The notes beneath the pieces are model-generated. The model worked only from the letters and a program-made list of their open reading frames with translations. It ran no database searches and was not told the origin of the DNA. This document shows, one piece after another, positions 18,927 through 26,775 of a stretch of DNA of 32,000 nucleotides (positions within the stretch are counted from its first letter, which is position 1; each line of letters begins with the position of its first letter). Origin of the DNA: Candidatus Heimdallarchaeota archaeon B3_Heim (GTDB lineage: Archaea; Asgardarchaeota; Heimdallarchaeia; Hodarchaeales; Hodarchaeaceae); the NCBI GenBank assembly GCA_003144275.1, contig NJBF01000008.1:66932-98931 (forward strand), given 5' to 3'. A program made the translations under genes and the position numbers.

Positions 18927-20417
18927 TTAGGTATCAATGAGTTCAATTTTCTCTCCCACAAGGAACCCCGCGAAGTCTACGTCGCTATCCTCCCAAAAAA
19001 TCTCAGTGTCGAAAGTTTGGATGACTTTTTCCAAATAAAATAGATAATAATACCTGTCATATTTTAAGATCATCCGTTTTTCATGTGGAGAGAGATCCAG
19101 ATATTTATTAATATCTGATGGGCCAATATTAAGAATATCCGACACTATTTTAATCTTGTTTGGAAATTTTGAGAAATGAAAAGCAATATTGTAAATCCTT
19201 GACTTTAGAATCATTTCGTCAGAAATTTCATTACTAAGGGAAGTATCCCTAAGTTTTAACCATTCTTTAAAAACTTCAGAGGGGAAGTACGGATCAAAAT
19301 CCGAATCATATCCTATAAGAATATTTTTGCTTGTTCGGAAATATTTAGTCATATTATGGAATCTCAAATGAGCAATGATCCGCGCAATTTCACTTTTGAG
19401 ATCCTCGAATTTTTGTTCTATAGTCAGCTCGTTTACTTTATTTATATCTGGAAATCGAAATGGGCTAATCACCTTATCATACCTTCTTTCTTTCGTCTTA
19501 CTTTTGAAATGTGAGTGGACTCCCAAATAGATTGTTGCCAGGCTAAGATAGACAAAAGATAAAAAGAACAGCGTACTAGCTTCCACTCCAATATAAAATC
19601 CTAGAAATTCAGACCTGAAGAAAGTTATGGCAAACCAGATCCCAAATACATTTATTATCAATAAAATGAACGCCATTTCAGATACTTGGTTAACTCTCTT
19701 CATTATTCCTTCTTTCTCCTCCATCATGGTAGAAAGCCTTCTTAGCTTTAATTTATTCCAGTGTGTAACTATCAGTGCTAGTTCTTTTGGTATCACATCC
19801 TCAGAAAGACTTTCTGCTTCAATGTTTTCAACTAGCTTCTTAACTTCAACTTCAGTATTATCTTCCCTCTTTATTTTTATCAACGTAAATAGAACTTCGT
19901 ATATTGCAGTAAAACCTAATGTTTTGCTAAGTTTTTCATCTTGATGTAGTTTAATTTTATCTGTAACACTTCCCCGAAAGAATTTTGTTTCATCATTTAC
20001 TCTGTAAAAATATCTACCCCCGTACCAAATTCCTTTTGGACTCAGAGGGATATGGATTAGAATAAATGGGTTTATTATTCTTGGAAGATGAATGACCTCG
20101 ATTTTTAAATTAAAGGGTGTTCCAAATGAGTCTGTGGCAATCTGATTGATCTTCTTGGTCCATTCTTTAATATCAGTGATTCCTTGCCATGGATCCGCAT
20201 TTTTTTCTTCCACACCAAGAACTATCATACCAGAAGCAGAATTTGCCATAGCAGCCATTGTCTTTGCTAAATTTTTTGGTTTTATCCTCCCACTCTTGAA
20301 ATCTAAATAACTAGTTTCCCCTCTCTTCATATAGTGCTCAAGTGCTTCCTGAATCTGTTCGTGTGTTAAAAATCCCAATAACCCTTTTTCTGGATATTCT
20401 CTCTCTCTTTTTGCCAT
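18927..20417 (-). CDS. Schlafen/AlbA_2-domain protein with two TM helices
   Basis: GETSYLDFKS, AKTMAAMANSASGMIVLGVEE, YFYRV; hydrophobic helices at about aa 246-298. Confidence 0.88.
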   Translation of the reverse strand: MAKREREYPEKGLLGFLTHEQIQEALEHYMKRGETSYLDFKSGRIKPKNLAKTMAAMANSASGMIVLGVEEKNADPWQGITDIKEWTKKINQIATDSFGTPFNLKIEVIHLPRIINPFILIHIPLSPKGIWYGGRYFYRVNDETKFFRGSVTDKIKLHQDEKLSKTLGFTAIYEVLFTLIKIKREDNTEVEVKKLVENIEAESLSEDVIPKELALIVTHWNKLKLRRLSTMMEEKEGIMKRVNQVSEMAFILLIINVFGIWFAITFFRSEFLGFYIGVEASTLFFLSFVYLSLATIYLGVHSHFKSKTKERRYDKVISPFRFPDINKVNELTIEQKFEDLKSEIARIIAHLRFHNMTKYFRTSKNILIGYDSDFDPYFPSEVFKEWLKLRDTSLSNEISDEMILKSRIYNIAFHFSKFPNKIKIVSDILNIGPSDINKYLDLSPHEKRMILKYDRYYYLFYLEKVIQTFDTEIFWEDSDVDFAGFLVGEKIELIDT

Positions 20418-20495
20418 GATGTTTATCTATAGGGTAACCATTTTTAAGATTTCCTTGCTTTATTTAGTCTATTATCTGGATTAATTCGCCTTCAT

Positions 20496-21086
20496 TTGGA
20501 AGAGATGAATAAAACGAATATGTCATCTAAAAAAACACATAAATTATTCGTCTGTTCTGATTCTGAATTATTAAGCTTCCTCTCAACCTTTTCAAGTAAG
20601 AAAATTGGTAAGAATACTCTTGAGCTATTAATCCAGTTTGAAGAGAAATTCCAAGAAAACGAACTGTATCCTTTTTGTCCATTTCTCAGAGTTCCTACAA
20701 CTAATGGCGAATCTAGTTGGATGTTCCTACCAGAATACTTTTTCACCTTTCTTAGTGAAGTATGGGATAATTTCACAGAATTAATCTTGAAGGATACACG
20801 TCAAAAGGGAGATATCTTTGAATCAGAATTGAGACAAATCTTCACAAACGCGGGATTCAATGTTTGGAAGAAGCACAAAATACAAAATTTGATGAATTAC
20901 ATTAAACGTGATGGAACTGGTGATATTGATTTAATTATTCAAGATGAATCGACCGTATTATGGATACAAGCGAAGTCAGTATATTATAATCGAAAATCAT
21001 ATCAGACTGTTCTGAGAAAGGGTAGGAAACAATTGGTTTCTGCATATGAAACGTTTAGGAGGAATCAAAAAACATTTTCGTATTAA
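20496..21086 (+). CDS. PD-(D/E)xK (NERD-like) nuclease fragment, probably a remnant
   Basis: GDIFESEL...GDIDLIIQ...LWIQAKS...RKGRKQL; no SD, open frame without start upstream, coding-like pieces downstream. Confidence 0.6.
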   Translation: MEEMNKTNMSSKKTHKLFVCSDSELLSFLSTFSSKKIGKNTLELLIQFEEKFQENELYPFCPFLRVPTTNGESSWMFLPEYFFTFLSEVWDNFTELILKDTRQKGDIFESELRQIFTNAGFNVWKKHKIQNLMNYIKRDGTGDIDLIIQDESTVLWIQAKSVYYNRKSYQTVLRKGRKQLVSAYETFRRNQKTFSY

Positions 21087-21587
21087 TAAAGTTGAAGTAA
21101 AGGGGGACCTAGAGAGTTATGGCTATTTTAGTAAAGCAGACTATCAGAAGTATATCGAAGGCATCACATCGTAAAGTTAGATGATTCTATCTTAATAACT
21201 ATTGAATATAGCTAACCAAGATAGTTCACCTATAAATATCAAACATTAATAGAGAGGGAGAGAGAAACACAAAGTGAAACCACTAGATTATATTACAAAA
21301 AGAAAATAAAAAAAAATAATTTCGATAAAATAGTCTTTGTTGTTTTACCACCCCTTTGAAAACCTCTAGCCCAATAAAAAAGGGTATTTCTTTTATTTAT
21401 TATTAATTTAGTGTCAATAGTGTCTTTCGATTAGAAAAATCCAAATCATCCGTATTCTGTTTGCTGAAAGAACTAAAAAAATAAAAGAATATTGGATTTG
21501 AGTGATTGTGGTTTTAGCGAATCTTCCATTGACCACTAAACTTAGTTTTATCTTTTAATCTTTGTTATCAATCGTTCAGTGGGATTC

Positions 21588-22070
21588 TTATTGATTAGAA
21601 TTAATCTCCTCAATTGCTTGATTAGGAGTTAAGACCCTAATACTATATCTAGAAGAATTTCCATTTTCATCTGGATTAAGTTTTTCGATTAATCGCATAT
21701 CTGCCGTGATCAATGTAGCTCTAGAGACATAAGCAAGTCTAATAAGATATTTGTCATCTTCAGGTAATTCACTTTCATCTACTAGATGATGTTCTTCGTC
21801 ATTCCAAATCTGAAATTATGCCTTATTCGGGAACAACCTAAAAAGTAAACCAGTTAATATACTCGCATTTGATTTATTTCTTTCCTTTAATATTGAGATA
21901 TGCTTGTAATAATGCTTCAGCAATTCATTGCTTACAAGTATCGAATCACACTGATATCCTATATCAATGAAGATTTTCAAAGCAATCGTGCTATCTTGAT
22001 TTTGATGATCCACTAAATTAGAAGCATGCCTTAAGAGACATTCATCAAGTATGTAGTTTCTCCCTGTCAT
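21588..22070 (-). pseudogene. PIN-domain ribonuclease interrupted by one in-frame TAA (21816-21818)
   Basis: MTGRNYILDE...SNELLKHY...PNKA*FQIW...EDDKYLIRLA...LITADMRL...VLTPNQA; all four PIN acidic positions present across the stop. Confidence 0.82.
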
Positions 22071-23334
22071 TTTCTTTCCCTTCTGGTTTAACACCAACTA
22101 GTACATCAATGTAACGCTTATATTGTTCTATATTTGCTTCAAAAAAATCAGGTAATCCTTCTTTTAATCGTCCATTTTTATCAAATTCTAATTCTTTTCC
22201 ATAACAACCATTTCTGTCGTCCTTAAAGTGATAGAGAGCTAGTTCATGTTTCTTCAATTCTCCTAAACCGATCTTAGTTAATGCATGGTAGACTATGTGT
22301 TCACTATGAGTAGTGATAAGCAATCTTTTATTACAGTCAAGTGCTTCTCTAATGAAAACTTCGATTAGTTTTGATTGAGCACGAGGATGCAAATGTATCT
22401 CTGGTTCTTCTATAATAATTATGCTTTCAGGAGAAGCAAGAGCTAGTTGAGTTAACAAGAAAGCAAGCTGATTTAGCCCAAATCCTTCATTTAAAATTGA
22501 TATATTAGGTATTTGTTCCCTTTTTTTTCTATCAACTTGCTTAACACTCTCTAGCGTAATTTTTTTCCCAGGAAATAATTTATCCTTTAAAGGCTTTTTT
22601 AAAATTTGATTACACCAAGAAGAAACAATTTCTAGAATCTCTGGTTTGTAAGCAAGAGTACTAATCCATTTTGAATTTATTATTTCAAATCTCTCATTAG
22701 AGGGAGTTAAAAGGTTTTCAACTGGGTTATCTTCAAGAAATTCAAAGGGTTTTAAAGTTCCCCTTATGGAAGGAACATACCACAAAGGAAATAGATCATC
22801 TTCAATTATACTAAATGATGATGATAATTCTCTCCTGGTTTGGTTTAATACCCGTCTCTCCTCACCGGATGAACTACTCGAAGTTATGTCAAATGGTTTT
22901 CCGAATTTTTTCGTTGGAGATATACTAATTCTTGTATTTTTACTGTAATGTAGTTGTTCGGGATTTACTTTAGCGTCACTTCCTTTTATGATACCATAAG
23001 GAGGTATCTTCAATTCTGCAAAGTAAGAAATTTTTCCGTTGCTTATTGTGATTTCTTCTTCGTACTGAAGCTTTTTCTTCCTTCCTTTCAATGTGAATTC
23101 AATAGGTATGGTTTGATCTCTGTTAAAAAATACATCTTCCAATTCACCAAATCTAATATTTTCCCCATCAATTACCAAGGTTTCTGATTCTAATGACTGT
23201 TTCAACAATAACATAGCTTGACCAATAGAAGATTTTCCAGACCCATTAGCACCTATGAGGATTGTAATCGGTTTTAATTCAATATTTGCTTCAACAATCC
23301 CTTTAAAATATTTAATACCAAGATATTCCAGCAA
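22045..23334 (-). CDS. ABC-type (AAA_15/AAA_21) ATPase with DUF3696-like C-terminus
   Basis: GANGSGKS, signature-like EGFGLNQL, IIIIEEPEIHLHP, LITTHSE, C-terminal ELEFDKNGRL..GLPDFFE; SD AGGAG. Confidence 0.92.
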   Translation of the reverse strand: MLEYLGIKYFKGIVEANIELKPITILIGANGSGKSSIGQAMLLLKQSLESETLVIDGENIRFGELEDVFFNRDQTIPIEFTLKGRKKKLQYEEEITISNGKISYFAELKIPPYGIIKGSDAKVNPEQLHYSKNTRISISPTKKFGKPFDITSSSSSGEERRVLNQTRRELSSSFSIIEDDLFPLWYVPSIRGTLKPFEFLEDNPVENLLTPSNERFEIINSKWISTLAYKPEILEIVSSWCNQILKKPLKDKLFPGKKITLESVKQVDRKKREQIPNISILNEGFGLNQLAFLLTQLALASPESIIIIEEPEIHLHPRAQSKLIEVFIREALDCNKRLLITTHSEHIVYHALTKIGLGELKKHELALYHFKDDRNGCYGKELEFDKNGRLKEGLPDFFEANIEQYKRYIDVLVGVKPEGKENDREKLHT

Positions 23335-23457
23335 ATCTATCTCTCCTTTTGCTTAAGTGTTTAGTTCAATTTAAATAAAATAAATCAATATATCAAAATA
23401 ATGAATTACATCATATCTACAAATTTAATTACTAATTGTTTCTATCTTTTTTCAATA

Positions 23458-24510
23458 TTAAAAATACTCGTCTAAGGTTGAATCACCTTTTTTTGTTTCT
23501 TCTTTCTTCTTTTTCTTTCTTCTTTCTTGTTTCCATCTTGCTGTAAGTTTACAATAGATCTGTGCCATCGATGATCGGTGACGATGAGTTTTGAAAGGAG
23601 CAATCAGCATTGAATACGAACTTATCAGAATGGTGTCATTGTAAACCTGATTTTCCGTTGGATCCCTTATTATGATCTGTTTTGATTTTAGAAACACTTC
23701 TAAACACTGTTTTAGGTGATTTGGTTTCGGAAATGGAGGAGAAGTTATACCAGTAGCCCCTTCTTCCACCATATTTTTGAATTTCTCATATAACGTTCGT
23801 AAAGTGAATTCAAATGGCTCTAAATCCCAAGCACCTTTTCGAAAAATTTTAGGAGTTAATAATAATTGTTGAATTCGCTCACAAGTATAAGGGATGTTTG
23901 CATTTCTTAGAAAAAGAGGCCAATGATAGTATGAAAGGATGATTTCAGGACCAATTACTTTTATTTGCATAAACATATTAGAAATATTTTTCTTCAACGT
24001 TTTTTCCTTCAAAAAGAAGTGATAACAATCAGAATTTGGATTAAATTCCCAGAGAAGGATTCCGAAATTTCTAGAAAAAAAAGAATTACATTCAGTATGT
24101 TTCGAAACGTATTCTTCTTTAAAATCTTGAAATGCACCATAATCTTTTTTAGGTAGGACAAATACAACGTTTTGTTCTAGAAACGGTAAAACAATACCAT
24201 AGAGGTCATTATACAACAGTAAATCCTTGATTTGTTTCATACCATAATTCTCAGAAAATGAAGCCACTATCTCAATTATAACAGCAGTACGAGTATCTTT
24301 TGAAATATAAAGGAGATCTGGAGTCCTTATTCCGACCGTCTTTTTGTCATTCATAAATTGATAAATATTTGTTTCAATCCCTCGGAATTTAAAATCATTT
24401 TTCTTAATTATAGGAAGCATTTCTAAAATTATGCAGAAATAAACATTAATAGACTCGTTATAGATTTTATACTCCTTTTCGAGCTCTTCCCAAAGTTTAC
24501 GTTTTCCCAC
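23458..24510 (-). CDS. Hypothetical protein with N-terminal PD-(D/E)xK-like fold
   Basis: E...RTPDLLYI....AVIIEIVAS...QIKDL..Y pattern (Lys position replaced); GTG start with SD GAGGG. Confidence 0.6.
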   Translation of the reverse strand: MGKRKLWEELEKEYKIYNESINVYFCIILEMLPIIKKNDFKFRGIETNIYQFMNDKKTVGIRTPDLLYISKDTRTAVIIEIVASFSENYGMKQIKDLLLYNDLYGIVLPFLEQNVVFVLPKKDYGAFQDFKEEYVSKHTECNSFFSRNFGILLWEFNPNSDCYHFFLKEKTLKKNISNMFMQIKVIGPEIILSYYHWPLFLRNANIPYTCERIQQLLLTPKIFRKGAWDLEPFEFTLRTLYEKFKNMVEEGATGITSPPFPKPNHLKQCLEVFLKSKQIIIRDPTENQVYNDTILISSYSMLIAPFKTHRHRSSMAQIYCKLTARWKQERRKKKKKEETKKGDSTLDEYF

Positions 24511-24530
24511 CTATACCCCTCGCTTTTGAA

Positions 24531-25550
24531 TTATGTTGAAACGGAAAGAGGTTTTATATGCCAGGGAGTCCCAACACAGGAGTGAATAGATTCGATTAAA
24601 GCGGTGAGAGATGTATTATCAAAGTTCTGGTCGGCAGAAATACGAATAATATTTCTTACAGCAATTAAAACAAACAAACTACCTGTTTTAGGATCAAAGA
24701 CATTCAAATGAAGAAAAGGATTTCCTGAATGAATAGTGGTTGAAAGAAATCGTTCTTCAAGGTCTTTAGATAAAGAATCTATTATTTGATTGAATTCTTC
24801 CTTTATAAGAGGAGCTTCAAATTCCAGTTCTAATACCTTACCTTGTGGGGAACCCATTACAGAAAAAGTAATTGGTTGTATATCATATTTTGATTTGTTT
24901 TCATTTCTTTGAGCAGTAATGGCGTTGCTAAAAATTGTAAGAAAGTCGTTAATACTCCCTGTCATTATACCAATAGTTCCATCTTGAAAAATTCTTAATT
25001 TCAGAGGGGGAACGCCTATAGGAATTTCTAGAGATACATAACGCCATTTATTTCGTTTTTTATCAAACCCGTCGTAACTATGACTAATATGCGAGATATC
25101 GAATTCTTTATTGAGTACATCTTCAATTTTCATTAGAAGGGACTCCGTGAAAATTATTCGTCTCCAAAGGGGATGCATTAGTTTAAGTAAGCTTTTTTGG
25201 ATGAAATTCCCCTCTGTTAATTCATTTGTTAAGAAAATGATTCCATTTTTGTTATCAATCAGATAGAGAATCGCAGAGGCATCAATTCTCTTCCCATATC
25301 TGCGTGCTCTATAAAAACGGAGTCTAATAAGATCCTCATCAAGTAAATCATAACGAATTTTAATACCGCGTTCTTCAACATCAATATTTTTGAGAAAAAA
25401 CAATTTATTTTCAATGAAATCGTCTGTTAAATCGAGAAAGATAGTTTTTAAATGAAGTTTCCTTCTATCTGAAGTATAAACCATTTCAAGTTTTGAAAAT
25501 AAATCCTCTTTATTTTTCACAGACCTAAATATTGCTTCTATCAATTTCAA
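24531..25550 (-). CDS. Hypothetical protein (339 aa)
   Basis: Long ORF, TTG with SD GAAGGA, 20 nt from the next gene; motif IHSGNPFLHLNVFD; no family named. Confidence 0.75.
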   Translation of the reverse strand: MKLIEAIFRSVKNKEDLFSKLEMVYTSDRRKLHLKTIFLDLTDDFIENKLFFLKNIDVEERGIKIRYDLLDEDLIRLRFYRARRYGKRIDASAILYLIDNKNGIIFLTNELTEGNFIQKSLLKLMHPLWRRIIFTESLLMKIEDVLNKEFDISHISHSYDGFDKKRNKWRYVSLEIPIGVPPLKLRIFQDGTIGIMTGSINDFLTIFSNAITAQRNENKSKYDIQPITFSVMGSPQGKVLELEFEAPLIKEEFNQIIDSLSKDLEERFLSTTIHSGNPFLHLNVFDPKTGSLFVLIAVRNIIRISADQNFDNTSLTALIESIHSCVGTPWHIKPLSVST

Positions 25551-25817
25551 TCCTTCTAAAAAATGAGTTTCTTCAAAAGTTCAAATATATATCCAAATTC
25601 GTTTAGATTTCTAGTAATGTTATAGCTATTCTGATTTCTATTTAAAATTACCTATATTTAAATTCTCTTTTAAGATTACCATATATCCCTCATAATGTAA
25701 CCTACGTGATCTTTGATGATGTAAAAGGAGATCTTTCACATTCAGTTCAGATTACTGTAGTGAGCAAAATCGAACAAAAATTCAATCTTCAAAAAGATGT
25801 AGTAATAATTGCAGGAT

Positions 25818-26072
25818 TCATTCTGATTGTAGGTAGTATTTTATCAGTGATTGTAGTGTATATGTATTTTTACAACCAGGACAAATATACTTACGTGAGG
25901 AGTCAGTCGATTCCCATTCAATATTTTCTGTATACGGAATAGACTCATCAATATCTAAAACAAAGTCAAGTCCATCCACTTCCTTTAAAGCATAAATTAA
26001 ATCGTATTCTCGGAAGAACTCGAGAATTAAATTTAAATCTGGTTGCAGTTCATTATATGAATGCAGTTTCAT
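25818..26072 (-). CDS. Small protein with a single CxxC (CPGC)
   Basis: ATG with purine-rich upstream; protein-like composition. Confidence 0.4.
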   Translation of the reverse strand: MKLHSYNELQPDLNLILEFFREYDLIYALKEVDGLDFVLDIDESIPYTENIEWESTDSSRKYICPGCKNTYTLQSLIKYYLQSE

Positions 26073-26326
26073 AAACTCGTCCTTTTATTTTCTTATTGAT
26101 TCCTTAGAACGAATATATTGAAATATATTTTTTCCTAAGACTAATTAGAAATTCTGTGATCTGCAAAAGGAAGGTATTTTTCACAAAATATTAGTATTCT
26201 TTGAATCATATTAGTCTACCAATAGAAACATTTTTAATTTTAAGAGGGATTAAATACTCACATTTTTACTTTAGATTTCGTGTGGGGAATTAAAAGTAAA
26301 ATTTAAAATTAAGAGAGAAGATAAAA

Positions 26327-26578
26327 ATGAGTTCCGGAGAGGAATATCTAAAAAAATTATTAAGGAGTCAAGAACTCCCTAGAGGATTGATTAAAATACT
26401 TCAAGACACTCGTGATTATTTTGAGAGAATTATTGGCGAAGGAATAGGGATTCCTAATTTGCGATTTTATTACGCAGGATCGTATAAAAAAGAGACTATG
26501 ATTAAAGAATCGTTTGATTTAGTGATATATTATCCTACTAATACCTGTTTTTTGGTTTCTGACTTGTTTATTCAATAA
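26327..26578 (+). pseudogene. cGAS/DncV-like nucleotidyltransferase (CD-NTase/SMODS), N-terminal remnant
   Basis: Spine-like helix EEYLKKLLRSQEL...DTRDYFERII, then YYAGSYKKETMIKESFDLVIYYP (GSYxKxTxI); second Asp of D-h-D missing; ends at 83 aa. Confidence 0.7.
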
Positions 26579-26598
26579 AAAGAATGTGAGGGTTCACC

Positions 26599-26775
26599 TT
26601 GGAATTTGACAAAGATCTATTACCTGAAAGTTTGTTTGAGAAAGCTTTAAATCAATTAGATGATAAAATATCAAAGAATGAGATTATAGAATTGGTAGAT
26701 TTCTTTAACAAGGTTTATTATAAAGATGTGGATATAAAAAATGAATTAAAAACGTTTTTGGATAGATTCGTATGA
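26599..26775 (+). CDS. 58-aa helical ORF (below ORF-track cutoff), coupled to the SMC gene
   Basis: SD GAGGG, TTG start, MEFDKDLLPESLFEKALNQLDDKISKNEIIELVDFFNKVYYKDVDIKNELKTFLDRFV; ATGA overlap with 26772. Confidence 0.6.
   Translation: MEFDKDLLPESLFEKALNQLDDKISKNEIIELVDFFNKVYYKDVDIKNELKTFLDRFV

Noticed and set aside
13985-22070. Island-wide stop-codon reassignment (TAA/TAG read as amino acids), suggested by many in-frame stops
   Set aside because: Intact neighbours end normally on TAA (LRR gene) and TAG (DUF4177), and the Rag gene also has frameshifts. Ordinary pseudogenisation explains the pattern.
25706-25942. Plus-strand 78-aa ORF with a hydrophobic stretch
   Set aside because: Overlaps the antisense 25818-26072 ORF and has no SD; one of the two is probably a shadow, and this one is less supported.
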